Positions 30,610 through 40,494 are shown, numbered from the stretch's first letter. The stretch: 64,000 bases of DNA from an uncultured Gammaproteobacteria bacterium (GCA_964552565.1 CAZKGL010000001.1:628816-692815), one strand, 5' to 3'. Numbers and translations are program-made. Notes: generated by a model not told the origin, from the sequence alone.

Positions 30610-32469
30610 TTATTCGTCAGTGAGACCCTTCGCGATACGCTTCTGCGACTGCTTCGCTTCGGCGTCGGCGCGGCTCCACGGGTAATCGTTATGGTCGACA
30701 TGACCGAGGATACCACAGGCGGTGATCCACGGCGCGCGGTCGTTGATGATGCGCTCCATCGTCTGGCAGACGCGGCGGTAGTCCGGATGCCCCTGCGGAA
30801 TCGTGCGCAGCTCGAGGAAATGCTGCGCCTCGCGCAGGTTGAACCCCATCGTAAAACGGATGTGGTGGCCAAACGTCACGCAGTACTGCGCGACCTCGGG
30901 GCCGACGGACGCCACAAGCTGGTCGTACAAATCGCCGATCTCCGCGATGAGCGCGCGCACGTCGCCCGCCATGCCAATGTCCTCGATATCCTTGGGGAGC
31001 GTGAACCCGAGATGCGGGTTCAACAGTTGGCGCTGCTGCGTCAGCATGCGGTGACGGTGCAGGTCGCGGAAGATACCGAAGTTGCCCGTGACCTCGAACG
31101 TGAGCGGATAGCCCATCTCAAACCCGCGCGGCACACGGTCGCGCCGCGTCGCACGCGTCCCGATGAGTTCCGCGAGGAGCGCGACAAGGCGGTCCTTCGG
31201 CTCGCGCGAAAGGACCTCGACCATGGTGCGGGAGGTCGTGCGGCAGTGCGGGTAGTACGTCGCCGCAAGGAGGTGCGCGATAGGCTCCGCCGAATCGGCG
31301 AGCAGCGCAGGCATCTCTTCGCACGTGACCTCTGCGGACGACTTCTCAAACTGCAGGAAGCGCGGGAAGTGCTGCGCGATCTGCGCCTTGGTACGCGCAT
31401 CAACGCTCATCCAATACTGCTCGCCCTTCGGGTCGGCGCGCTTCACGTACTTCGGGATGACCTTGTTGAGCGTTTCGTGGAGGCGGCTGGCGATGTCGTA
31501 GAACTCCGGCATGTCCGACGAGTACAGCCGTTTGAGGAGATGCTCGAACGTGCGGCCGTTCGCCACCATGGCGACGTTCGTGAGCGTCGCCGCCGGCAAG
31601 ACGACGCGCGCGGTGTCGCACGCCTTCGTCTTGAGGTCGAACTTGTACACGCGCTTGAATTCCTTGATCTCCTTCTCGTCGGCGAGTTCGGCGAGCCTGT
31701 ACTTCGTGCTGTCGCCCGGGCGCACGGCGTATGCCGCGCCGTCGATCGGCTTCAGGGTCTCGTAGTGTTTCGTGAGTGCATCGACGAGGCGGGCATACAC
31801 GTCGAACGCCCTGTCCATAAGAATGACGTAGCGGCCGCCTTGCGGGCTTGCCATGATGCGCGGTTCGCGCAGGTACCACCATCGCCCGGTCACGGGGTCC
31901 TTCTCCGTGTAGTACACGTAGCGGCTCGACTGCTCAATGAACCCGCCGAGCCGGCGGTCCTCGATGACTTTTGTGGCCAGGTTACTGACCGAATTGAAAA
32001 GCACGGTGGCCCACTCGAGCTCTTGCACGGAATCGTCCCCGTATTGGATGAGGATGCGCTCAATGATCTCACTGAGCTTTTTCATCTTCAGTTCCCCGAC
32101 GGGGACGCCGAGCTCGCGCGACTCCTCAGGCGTCGAAACGACGAACTCATTCATGAGTACGTCGACGACGGTCCCCTGGATGCGGCTTTGACGGGCAAGC
32201 ATGGCGCCCGCCACACCGTGGAGTCGTCGCATGTCGAGTGCGGTCACCGTGCTTTCCGGCGAAAGCAGGTACGGCCGAGCAAGCGAAAACGCGTCTTCCG
32301 AAACGAAAGACCGGTACGGCAACATGGTGCCGTCCCCGTATGCGACCGCTTCTCCGGACGCACCGTCATCGTGTTGTGTGGCAAACGTCGCGAGGCGATC
32401 GGTTTGCGTGAGACGGCGGAAGCGGGTGAAGAGCGACATACGCGTATCGCGTGTTTTGGCTGCTCGCAT
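30610..32469 (-). CDS. thyX: flavin-dependent thymidylate synthase ThyX, long two-domain form
   Basis: Two ThyX-like halves: the first carries DRRLGGFIEQSSRYVYY (degenerate RHR...SxRY), the second GNFGIFRDLHRHRMLTQQRQ (RHR motif). Resembles the internally duplicated ThyX described in chlamydiae; divergent from dut. Start could be 32469 or 32439. Confidence 0.65.
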   Translation of the reverse strand: MRAAKTRDTRMSLFTRFRRLTQTDRLATFATQHDDGASGEAVAYGDGTMLPYRSFVSEDAFSLARPYLLSPESTVTALDMRRLHGVAGAMLARQSRIQGTVVDVLMNEFVVSTPEESRELGVPVGELKMKKLSEIIERILIQYGDDSVQELEWATVLFNSVSNLATKVIEDRRLGGFIEQSSRYVYYTEKDPVTGRWWYLREPRIMASPQGGRYVILMDRAFDVYARLVDALTKHYETLKPIDGAAYAVRPGDSTKYRLAELADEKEIKEFKRVYKFDLKTKACDTARVVLPAATLTNVAMVANGRTFEHLLKRLYSSDMPEFYDIASRLHETLNKVIPKYVKRADPKGEQYWMSVDARTKAQIAQHFPRFLQFEKSSAEVTCEEMPALLADSAEPIAHLLAATYYPHCRTTSRTMVEVLSREPKDRLVALLAELIGTRATRRDRVPRGFEMGYPLTFEVTGNFGIFRDLHRHRMLTQQRQLLNPHLGFTLPKDIEDIGMAGDVRALIAEIGDLYDQLVASVGPEVAQYCVTFGHHIRFTMGFNLREAQHFLELRTIPQGHPDYRRVCQTMERIINDRAPWITACGILGHVDHNDYPWSRADAEAKQSQKRIAKGLTDE

Positions 32470-32553
32470 CTTACACGCGAATCTCCGTGGGTCAACGCGC
32501 CAGTGTGGATAAGGAACCGTCGTCACAGACTGCGATGCTATACTTCGCCCGAT

Positions 32554-32997
32554 ATGGAAAATCCTCTCCTCGTCCGCTACAAAAAAATCCATCCCGACGC
32601 GCTTGCGCCGGAGTACAAAACCGCCGGCGCGGCCGGGTTTGATATCGCGCTCGTCGAGGATCTCGTGATCCCGCCGCGGAGCATGGTGAAATCCGGCACC
32701 GGCCTTGTCGTACAGGTTCCGGAGGGATATTTCCTCCTCATCGCGTCGCGCAGCTCCAACACGACCAAAAAGGGCATCACGCTCGCAAACGGCATCGGCG
32801 TGCTCGACTCCGACTACCGCGGCCCGACGGACCAGATCTGGCTTGTCATCGAAAACGTCACGGACGCCGAGGTGCGCCTCACGAAAGGCGACCGGGTGGC
32901 GCAGGGCATCGTCATCCCCTGCCCCGCGGTGGCGCTTGAGGAGATCGCCGGCGCGATCGATGCCGTCGACCGCGGTGGGTTTGGGAGCACGGGGTAA
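32554..32997 (+). CDS. dut: dUTP diphosphatase
   Basis: 148 aa; AGAAGFDIAL, SRSSNTTKKGITLANGIGVLDSDYRG and the C-terminal motif V (RGGFGSTG). Confidence 0.9.
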   Translation: MENPLLVRYKKIHPDALAPEYKTAGAAGFDIALVEDLVIPPRSMVKSGTGLVVQVPEGYFLLIASRSSNTTKKGITLANGIGVLDSDYRGPTDQIWLVIENVTDAEVRLTKGDRVAQGIVIPCPAVALEEIAGAIDAVDRGGFGSTG

Positions 32998-33023
32998 TTC
33001 CTGGTATACTTCGGGTAACCTTT

Positions 33024-33875
33024 TTGCCTATGTCCAGCCTTATCAGCATCGGCCAAGTCGTCGACCAGAGCGTCCACCACTATGGCAAGTCCTTTAAAGC
33101 CTTGATGGGCGTCTCGCTCTTCCTGCTCGCCGGCATGCCGTTCGTCGTCGCGGGCAGGGTTCTGTTCGACGACGCGGACGCGACGCGCTTGTGGCTCAGC
33201 ATCGGCTGCGAGATCGTCGGCATCATCGTCACCGCAATCGCGAGCTACTGGGTCTTCAACGCACTCGTGTACGCCGTTGACGCGCAGGCCGCCGGGAAAC
33301 GCGCGAACATGGCGTCGGTCAGCAAGGCGGCGTGGAAGCAGTTCGTCCCCGCGGTCGGCGTCTCCGTGCTTGTGGGCTTGCTCCTCCTTTCGACCGTCCT
33401 CCTCCTCGCACCGGGTTACGCGCTCCTCTTCTTGCGCATCGGCGACACGTTCGGGACGCTCGCGGTCGGCGCGCTCCTCCTGTTTGCCGGCGGCTTCAGC
33501 GCGGCGGCGCTCGCGGCGTGGGTCGCGATCACCTTCATCTTCGCGCCGTACGCCCTGCTCCTCGAAAACACCGGCGTCCGCGGCGCGCTCCGCCGTGCAC
33601 GCGAACTCGTCCGCGGCCGCTGGTTCCCGGTCATGCTGCGCGTCCTCGTGCCGAAGGTCACCATCCTCGTCGTCGCGCTGTTCCTCCAGTACGTCCTCAT
33701 TATCGCGCTCTCGCTCCTTTCGGCGAGCAGCGGTCCCGGCTCGCTGCTGTTCTTCATCATCCTCGCGGACCTCATGAAAGTCGGCTTTTCGGTCCTCGTC
33801 ACGCCGCTCTTCGTGCTCGCCGACTACTATGTCTTCGAAAGCCTCGTCGATACCGCAAAGAAGTCCGCTGCCTAG
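33024..33875 (+). CDS. polytopic membrane protein, tandem paralog 1
   Basis: 283 aa, at least six TM helices; paralogous to the next gene (shared SxGQxV N-terminus and the ALRRARELVRGRWFPVMLRVL versus ALYASKQLVRGRFWPVFGRLL block). Confidence 0.6.
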   Translation: MPMSSLISIGQVVDQSVHHYGKSFKALMGVSLFLLAGMPFVVAGRVLFDDADATRLWLSIGCEIVGIIVTAIASYWVFNALVYAVDAQAAGKRANMASVSKAAWKQFVPAVGVSVLVGLLLLSTVLLLAPGYALLFLRIGDTFGTLAVGALLLFAGGFSAAALAAWVAITFIFAPYALLLENTGVRGALRRARELVRGRWFPVMLRVLVPKVTILVVALFLQYVLIIALSLLSASSGPGSLLFFIILADLMKVGFSVLVTPLFVLADYYVFESLVDTAKKSAA

Positions 33876-34587
33876 CTTCGGACAGCTCGTCCACGGCACC
33901 GTGACGCTTTTCCGTGCGAATGCCGGCGCGCTCCTCGGGTATGCCGGTTGGTTGCTGTTGCCGCTTGCGGCGCACGTCGTCATCCGCGTGACCTTCGGCG
34001 CGACGCAAGTTGCGGACATCGCGGACGCCGTCGTGGAAGGCGCGGCCGTCGTCGTCACGCTCCTCATCATGACGACCATCGCCCTCTCGACGCCGCTGTA
34101 TCTCGCAAAACCCGGGTCGGCCGCCGACCGGGCCGCCGACCTCGAATATGTCCGTGCGGCGGCAAAGCAGCTCCTCGCGCCGGTCTTTTTTGCATACCTG
34201 CTCGCCGGTGTCGCCGTTCTTTTCGGCGCCGTGCTCCTCGTCGTTCCCGGCATCATCTTTTCCGTCTGGTTCGCATTCGCCGGCCTCGCGGCGACATTTG
34301 ACGGTGCGCGGGGGCTCAATGCGCTGTACGCCAGCAAACAGCTGGTGCGCGGGCGGTTCTGGCCCGTCTTCGGCCGCCTGCTCGGCTTCAAGCTCGTCCT
34401 GCTTGCAATCTACGTCGCCATCGGCGGCGTCATCCTTGCCGCGTTCGGGTATGCCCCGACCGGGGAGGCTGCGCTCGCCCCTCCGCCGCTTGGCGCAGAA
34501 ATCCTCCTCAGCGTGCTCCAGGCGGTGCTCCTGCCGGTCGTCGTCCTCTTCCACACCCTGCTTTACCTCGCGCTCAAAAACGAGTAG
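33829..34587 (+). CDS. polytopic membrane protein, tandem paralog 2
   Basis: 252 aa; its N-terminus aligns with paralog 1 from residue 1, so the 47-nt overlap with the upstream gene appears real (an alternative GTG start lies at 33901). Confidence 0.55.
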   Translation: MSSKASSIPQRSPLPSFGQLVHGTVTLFRANAGALLGYAGWLLLPLAAHVVIRVTFGATQVADIADAVVEGAAVVVTLLIMTTIALSTPLYLAKPGSAADRAADLEYVRAAAKQLLAPVFFAYLLAGVAVLFGAVLLVVPGIIFSVWFAFAGLAATFDGARGLNALYASKQLVRGRFWPVFGRLLGFKLVLLAIYVAIGGVILAAFGYAPTGEAALAPPPLGAEILLSVLQAVLLPVVVLFHTLLYLALKNE

Positions 34588-34599
34588 GCTCAGTGCAGT

Positions 34600-36090
34600 A
34601 TGCGCCTCGTTCCGGTCATTGGTCTGGAGACCCACGTCCAACTCAAAACGAAAAGCAAGCTCTTTTGCAGCTGCCCCGCGCACGCCGAGCACCTGCCGCC
34701 GAACACCGCCGTGTGTCCGGTGTGCCTTGCCCACCCCGGGACGCTCCCGACCCTCAACGCGCAAGCGGTGCGCGACGCCATTCTTCTTGGGCTTGCGCTG
34801 AACGGCACCATCGCGGAGCACAGCAAGTTCGACCGAAAAAATTACTTCTACCCCGACCTGCCGAAGGGGTATCAAATTTCGCAGTACGACCTGCCCATCA
34901 TGCAGGACGGCCACCTTGCCATCGTCGTGCCGGGCGAACACCAGGCCGTGCAGATCGGCATCGAGCGGCTGCACCTCGAAGAAGACGCGGCGAAAAACAT
35001 CCACGGCGACGACGGCGCGACGTATGTCGACTTCAACCGCGCCGGCACCCCCTTGTGCGAGATCGTGACCAAACCGGACTTCACCTCGGCCGCGCAGGCG
35101 AAAGCGTACCTGCACGAACTCCGGCTCATCGTCCGCACGCTCGGTGTCAGCGACGGCGACATGGAAAAGGGCCATCTGCGGTGCGACGTGAACATTTCGT
35201 TGCGCGAAGAAGGCGGACCGCTCATGCCGAAGACGGAAATCAAGAACGTGAACTCATTCCGCCACGTCGAACGCGCCATCCAGTACGAAATTGAGCGCCA
35301 GACCAGGCTCTGGGAAGCAGGCACGCCGCCCATGGTGACGACAACGCGCGGCTGGAACGACGCAACACAGTCGACGGAGGAACAGCGCACCAAGGAAGGC
35401 CAGGCCGATTACCGCTATTTCCCTGAACCCGACGTCCCGCCGCTTGCGCTCGCGTTTCTTACCGAAGAGGTGCGGCGCGCCATGCCGGAGCTGCCGGCGG
35501 CGAAGCGCACGCGGTTGCGCGACGAGTACGGCATGAAGCCTGAGGACGCCGCACAGGTCGTCGAAGACCCCGCGCTCGCGGACTTTGCCGAGCGGGCGCT
35601 CTCCGAGCTCGGCGCGTGGCTCGAAGCGAAACCGGACGTGACACCCGAGACGATGGCGTCCGAGCGGAAGAAGCTCATGAAGACGTTCACCGGCTGGCTT
35701 CTTACGAAACTCATGGGGCTCCTCGCGGAGCGCGGCGGCGATATCCGCACCATGAAGGTGACGCCGGAAAACTTTGCGGAATTCATCATGCTCATCGCGG
35801 ACGGGCGGATCACCGGCGCAAAAGGCATGGAGGTCCTCGGCGCGATGCTCGACTCGGGCGTCGACCCGTCGCAGGCGGTCGAGGAGATGGGCGCGAAGCG
35901 TCTCGACGACGTAACGGCGCTGCGCGGCGTCGTTGACACGGTGGTCGCCGAACATCCGAGTGAAGCTGAACGGTATCGCGCCGGCGAGACGAAACTCCTG
36001 CAGTTCTTCCTCGGGCAAGTCATGAAAGCGACCCAAGGCAACGCCGACCCGGCGCTGACTCTCAAGACTCTTCAAGAAGCATTGCGCTAA
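34600..36090 (+). CDS. gatB: Asp-tRNA(Asn)/Glu-tRNA(Gln) amidotransferase subunit B
   Basis: MRLVPVIGLETHVQL, CPVCLAHPGTLP, YFYPDLPKGYQISQYDLP and the C-terminal GatB/YqeY helical domain. Confidence 0.95.
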   Translation: MRLVPVIGLETHVQLKTKSKLFCSCPAHAEHLPPNTAVCPVCLAHPGTLPTLNAQAVRDAILLGLALNGTIAEHSKFDRKNYFYPDLPKGYQISQYDLPIMQDGHLAIVVPGEHQAVQIGIERLHLEEDAAKNIHGDDGATYVDFNRAGTPLCEIVTKPDFTSAAQAKAYLHELRLIVRTLGVSDGDMEKGHLRCDVNISLREEGGPLMPKTEIKNVNSFRHVERAIQYEIERQTRLWEAGTPPMVTTTRGWNDATQSTEEQRTKEGQADYRYFPEPDVPPLALAFLTEEVRRAMPELPAAKRTRLRDEYGMKPEDAAQVVEDPALADFAERALSELGAWLEAKPDVTPETMASERKKLMKTFTGWLLTKLMGLLAERGGDIRTMKVTPENFAEFIMLIADGRITGAKGMEVLGAMLDSGVDPSQAVEEMGAKRLDDVTALRGVVDTVVAEHPSEAERYRAGETKLLQFFLGQVMKATQGNADPALTLKTLQEALR

Positions 36091-36095
36091 GGCAT

Positions 36096-36674
36096 ATGAA
36101 AGGCACCGAACGCGGTGGGTGGAGTGCACGCGGCGAGGAAATCGTCGAGCTGCCCGACCTCGAGGCACAGGACAACAATCCGTTCGAGGCAGATGCTGCA
36201 CGTGTGAACGAGGCGATCGCGCGAAACGAATCGAAGAAAGACCAGGGCGACGTCCTCGAAGCGGAGGCGGATCCTGACGTCGAGAAACAATTCGCAACGA
36301 CCTCAAGCGAGGCGACGGCGGAAGCGGTTGCGGAACAGGAGCGGCAGTTCGCAGAGGCGAGAAAGCAAGGGGCCGTGCTCATCGAGGCCAAGCTTAAGGA
36401 AGGTGCGGATCCAGCCGAACTGCTCGACCTGCGCCAAGCAGAACTCGAAGACAAACGCCTGCAGATCGATGAGATGAATGACTCGGGCGATGCATGGCAG
36501 AACCTCGGCGGCAGCGGAGACAAATCGCAAACGACGATGATCACGAAGCTGCGCATGGAGGAGGCGAGCCTTGTCGCGCAGATCGAAGCGCTTAAACGGA
36601 ACGTCGCCGAACAGTCGCTCGAAGACGCGGACACGGAGGAAGTGGAGATCAAGAAGACGGGTACGGAGGGGTAA
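36096..36674 (+). CDS. acidic coiled-coil hypothetical protein
   Basis: 192 aa, starts 6 nt after gatB; highly acidic and helical; no family recognised (not GatC). Confidence 0.45.
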   Translation: MKGTERGGWSARGEEIVELPDLEAQDNNPFEADAARVNEAIARNESKKDQGDVLEAEADPDVEKQFATTSSEATAEAVAEQERQFAEARKQGAVLIEAKLKEGADPAELLDLRQAELEDKRLQIDEMNDSGDAWQNLGGSGDKSQTTMITKLRMEEASLVAQIEALKRNVAEQSLEDADTEEVEIKKTGTEG

Positions 36675-36681
36675 ATGATCC

Positions 36682-36726
36682 TGTTGAAAAGAACACGTTT
36701 TGTCCGATCGGACAAAACGTGTTCTT
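36682..36726. terminator. perfect bidirectional rho-independent terminator
   Basis: AAAAGAACACGTTTTGTCCGATCGGACAAAACGTGTTCTTTTT: a 17-bp perfect stem with A- and T-runs on both sides, between convergent gatB-side and miaA-side transcripts. Confidence 0.75.
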
Positions 36727-36727
36727 T

Positions 36728-37684
36728 TTATTCGATGAACTTTTTCGCCAACATGATCGCCTCGGCAACCGTTTTCACCCAGGAGATCCGGTCTCCTTCG
36801 GCGCGGAACCAGGTCAGTTGGCGCTTCGCGTAGTGGCGCGTGTCGCTTTTTATGCGGTCGATTGCGTCGCGCAGCGGCAGCTTCTTTTCGAAGAACGCGG
36901 CGAGTTGGCGATACCCGATGCCCGACATCGCCTGGCTGTCAGCGCCATACTTCTGGTACAGCGTCCGCGCTTCGTCGACGAGCCCTTCGGCGACCATGGC
37001 GTCGACGCGCTGGGCGATACGGTCAGACAATACGTCGCGGTCGATGTCCATGCCGATCCAACAGACCTCGTACGGCGTCTCGACCTTCTTCTGGCGGCTC
37101 GCGAGGGATTCGCCGGTCGTCATGACGATCTCGAGCGCGCGCACCAGCCGTCGGCGGTTGTCCGTGTCGATCGATGCGACGGCATCCGGATCGCGTTCGC
37201 CGAGCATGTCGACGAGCGCTTCCGTCGACTTCGCCTCGAGGTCCGCACGAAGCGCCGGATCCGGCTCGACGTCGGTCAACGTCAAACCGTCGAGGAGGGC
37301 ACGGAAGTACAATCCCGTCCCGCCGACGAGCACCGGAACCTTGCCGCGGCCAACGATCTCCGTAATCTTTTTCTGTGCGTACGCCACAAAGTCGGCAACG
37401 CTGAACGGCTCGTGCGGATCCACAAGGTCGACACCCCAATGCGGGATGCCTTCAATCATGACCGGTGCGGGCTCAAACAGCTTTCCGATACTCCATTCTC
37501 CCGTTTTCCACTTATCCCCTTTCTCTCCCCTCACCTTCGCAGTTCCAATATCCATGCCGCGATACACCGTGCGCGAGTCGACACAAAGCACTTCCCCATC
37601 GACCGCCTGTGCAACACGAACGCCGGCCTCGGTTTTTCCCGAAGCCGTCGGCCCAACAATCGCGATGAGTGTGATCTTCTGCAT
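36728..37684 (-). CDS. miaA: tRNA dimethylallyltransferase
   Basis: IAIVGPTASGKTEAGV (P-loop), DSRTVYRGMDIGTAK, LVGGTGLYFRALL. Start trimmed to MQKITLIAIVGP; the N-terminal 164 codons of the track ORF are non-coding read-through. Confidence 0.9.
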   Translation of the reverse strand: MQKITLIAIVGPTASGKTEAGVRVAQAVDGEVLCVDSRTVYRGMDIGTAKVRGEKGDKWKTGEWSIGKLFEPAPVMIEGIPHWGVDLVDPHEPFSVADFVAYAQKKITEIVGRGKVPVLVGGTGLYFRALLDGLTLTDVEPDPALRADLEAKSTEALVDMLGERDPDAVASIDTDNRRRLVRALEIVMTTGESLASRQKKVETPYEVCWIGMDIDRDVLSDRIAQRVDAMVAEGLVDEARTLYQKYGADSQAMSGIGYRQLAAFFEKKLPLRDAIDRIKSDTRHYAKRQLTWFRAEGDRISWVKTVAEAIMLAKKFIE

Positions 37685-37742
37685 AAAAGGCAACGCGGCT
37701 TTCCTCCGGAGACATGGGAGGAAAGCCGCGAAGCGGGAATCG

Positions 37743-38228
37743 TCATCCGGCCTTGGCCACGGGGCGAGGCGGACTGATGCGGTTGAACTCGTCGTCCGGC
37801 GCCATCGCGAGAAGCGCGGTGTAGAACATCGTCTTCGCCATGAGCGCGACCTTCCGGCTGCACTGGACGTCGGCGAGCTCCTCCTCGAGCAGCGCCCAAC
37901 CGAGCTCCATGCCCCGCTTGCGCGACGGCACCGCCGCGAGCGAGCGGTCCATGGCCCCGCTCTTCCAGTCCATCCCGAGGATGCGCTCCAGGCGGTGGTT
38001 CGTCGGGTCGGGCGGCACGTCCGTCGTACCGATGGAGCGGCAGACGAAGCTCGCGGTGATGGCGAAGGCGTGCTGCCCGGACGGGTCGTCGGGCGGGATG
38101 CGCTTGCACCACTCCCGAATCTCGATGTCGAGCCACGCAGCGAGCGTCGGCCACCGAATGGCCAGTCGATCGACATGTCGCGAGGGCGGCCGGTACCCAG
38201 CCGCCTCGCCCTGAATGAGCGTAAGCAT
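37743..38228 (-). CDS. hypothetical protein upstream of miaA
   Basis: 161 aa; ATG preceded by AGGAGG at 8-nt spacing; diverse composition (W, C, H, F) unlike the antisense ORFs. Confidence 0.55.
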   Translation of the reverse strand: MLTLIQGEAAGYRPPSRHVDRLAIRWPTLAAWLDIEIREWCKRIPPDDPSGQHAFAITASFVCRSIGTTDVPPDPTNHRLERILGMDWKSGAMDRSLAAVPSRKRGMELGWALLEEELADVQCSRKVALMAKTMFYTALLAMAPDDEFNRISPPRPVAKAG

Positions 38229-38315
38229 TACCGATTCCTCCTCTCAGTGAGCCGAACCTTAGCAAAAAAATGCAGTTTTGTCAAATCTTTAGTATACTGA
38301 TGGCAATGCACGCGT

Positions 38316-40448
38316 ATGCTACGAAAAGGCTCGCCTGAACGGGCACTGCCGCAGGAGGAACAACGCATCCTGCAAAAACCCATGCACGCCGAAGCCCAAG
38401 AACGGGCGCCGGACCGTCTTCGCGTATCCCAGGATGCGCTCGGGGAAAAGATCGACGACGTCCTCGCGGATGCGGAGACGCGCGTCGAATGTTTTGCGGT
38501 TGGCAGCGAAGTCATGCGTGGTGGTGAACGCTGGAACGTGACCGCAAAGGACGAGCGCGGCAACGTCTTCCTCACCCGCGAAGGCGGCGGGAAGTTCGCC
38601 ATCCTCCCGGAAGTCGCCCTGCAGCGCGAGATCGACGCCGCGGTCCATATTCCCGAGCTTGCAAACGCATACGCCGCGGTCGGCGCCGCGGAACTGCTGA
38701 AGGAGGACGACGCGACAAAAGATTTTCTTGTGCGCGTGCTCGACGAGTACCACGATGAGATCATCGAATCCGCCGCGCTCACGGCGCACGATGCGGAACA
38801 TGCGGACGCGCGTGCCATCCTCGCGCAGACGATCCATGACGTGAAAAACGACGTCCTTGCCGCAGCGAAGGCACGGCGCGGACGGGCGGCACAGATCGCG
38901 GCGAAGGAACGCCGCGAAATGTTCTTGTCGCGCGCGGAACGCGTCGCCACAAGCGGCCTCGCCCTCCTGCGCGTCGGCGGCATGCTCGAGGAGGCCGAAA
39001 ACACGCATGCGGTTCGGAAAGGCGGGCTGGCGTATCTCGAGGAGGCGGAAACAACCGTCGTCCACAAGGAGGACGAGCCTGAAATCTCTCCCCAGGAAAA
39101 AACGCCTCCGCGTGGCATCTGGAAAGCAAAGCCCATCGACTCGCCCGTGCTGTACGACGCCATGGTCCGCGGCGAATCCCCCGACTGGGAGAGCGCTCCG
39201 GTTGCGACGGGAAGCCAGGCGGAGATCCAGCGGCTCCAGGGGGAAATTCGGCTTCTCGAAGGCGTCATCGAGGTTGGAACGAACGATCCTGAGGGCCGCC
39301 AGCTCGCGCGCATCGCGCGTCTTGCCGAATTTGAGGACGCATTGCGGCGCCAGATGATGGCGGAGCCCCCGCAGCCTCGTAACCGGCGCAAGGGGGATCG
39401 TGGCGTCACGCCGGCCGAGGAAGGTTCAATGACCGCGCATGTCCTCCGGACGGAACTCCGGATGAGCCGTCTTACAAAGAACGACGTCCTCGCGCTCATC
39501 GAAGACGCCGTGCACAGTGGCGACCTTTCGGAAAAAGAAACCGCGGGCGTCCAGGCGTTCTACAAGGAACTGACCGCGCCGGAAGAAACCCCCGCTCCCG
39601 CACCCTTCCAAGAAGAGACCATCGAAATCGACGAGCCGGAAGAAATCGAGGAAGTCGCCACGCATATCGCCGAAGAGGTCGAGGACAAACCGGAAACGAT
39701 GGCGGATGTCCTCACGAGGGAAGCAAAGACGCGGAAGCCGTCCGCTGCCCCGAGGCGCGTCACCCCTGTCGACCGAAGGAAGAAGGCGCAGGACTTCGAT
39801 GCGGTCGAGAAGGCTTTTTTTGAGAGCGCAGTAGGCACGGGAACGGAGGTTGTCGTCGAGCAGCGGCCGCCGACGGTTGAAACCCCTCCCCTCCCTCCTG
39901 CACCTTGGAAAACCCCGCCGAAGGCCGATATCCGTCCCCAGCGGCTTGCAACGGAAGAAGAACTCCGGGCACGAAGGGAACGCGTCCGCAAAAAAGCGAC
40001 AAGCGAGTCCGCTGCGCAGCGCCTCGGCGAGGAGGAACGCGCACATGACCGTCGCGCAAAAGACGAACGCGCTTTCGGCAAAGATGCAGCGGAGTTTTTC
40101 GACAGCAAACCCGATGCGTACACGTACTCAGACGAGGTCAATGATGTCGATGCGTGGTTCAATGCCGATCCTGGTGAAATGCTGGAGCGCCCCAAGCGCA
40201 TCGATACCCCGGCGTTCAACGAGATCCTCAAGGCGTTCGGGAACCGCAACCGCCAGTTCCTTCGCGACTTCCGCGCGGCGAATGAGCAGCATATCATCAA
40301 CCTGACGCTCGAAGAACTCGCGAATGCACCGACCGGGCGCTTCAGCTGGGCGAACCCGAAACACTGGGGCAAGAAATCGACAAACGATTACATCCGCGAG
40401 CTGCGCGAGGCGTTCACCATCCTCCGCGGCCTGGAGCACAAGCAATAA
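38316..40448 (+). CDS. large charged (E/R/A-rich) hypothetical protein, paralog 1
   Basis: 710 aa; N-terminal small beta-domain (ERWNVTAKDERGNVFLTREGG) shared with the 41019-42884 protein; long low-complexity charged helical middle; conserved-looking C-terminal domain. Start may be M23. Confidence 0.6.
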   Translation: MLRKGSPERALPQEEQRILQKPMHAEAQERAPDRLRVSQDALGEKIDDVLADAETRVECFAVGSEVMRGGERWNVTAKDERGNVFLTREGGGKFAILPEVALQREIDAAVHIPELANAYAAVGAAELLKEDDATKDFLVRVLDEYHDEIIESAALTAHDAEHADARAILAQTIHDVKNDVLAAAKARRGRAAQIAAKERREMFLSRAERVATSGLALLRVGGMLEEAENTHAVRKGGLAYLEEAETTVVHKEDEPEISPQEKTPPRGIWKAKPIDSPVLYDAMVRGESPDWESAPVATGSQAEIQRLQGEIRLLEGVIEVGTNDPEGRQLARIARLAEFEDALRRQMMAEPPQPRNRRKGDRGVTPAEEGSMTAHVLRTELRMSRLTKNDVLALIEDAVHSGDLSEKETAGVQAFYKELTAPEETPAPAPFQEETIEIDEPEEIEEVATHIAEEVEDKPETMADVLTREAKTRKPSAAPRRVTPVDRRKKAQDFDAVEKAFFESAVGTGTEVVVEQRPPTVETPPLPPAPWKTPPKADIRPQRLATEEELRARRERVRKKATSESAAQRLGEEERAHDRRAKDERAFGKDAAEFFDSKPDAYTYSDEVNDVDAWFNADPGEMLERPKRIDTPAFNEILKAFGNRNRQFLRDFRAANEQHIINLTLEELANAPTGRFSWANPKHWGKKSTNDYIRELREAFTILRGLEHKQ

Positions 40449-40494
40449 AACGAACCGCGCGGCATCCTGAGGGATGCCGCGCTTCGCGTCGTGC

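Noticed and set aside
30592-32997. 801-aa plus-strand ORF
   Set aside because: Only its last 148 codons (from MENPLL) are the real dut gene. The upstream ~650 codons are antisense to the two-domain thyX and are Arg/Ala/Asp-rich.
33799-36306. 458-aa and 350-aa minus-strand ORFs
   Set aside because: Antisense to the membrane paralog 2 and gatB; Arg/Gly/Asp-rich.
36840-38300. 486-aa plus-strand ORF
   Set aside because: Ser/Ala/Arg/Thr-rich antisense of miaA and the 161-aa gene, both of which have proper RBS or motifs on the minus strand.
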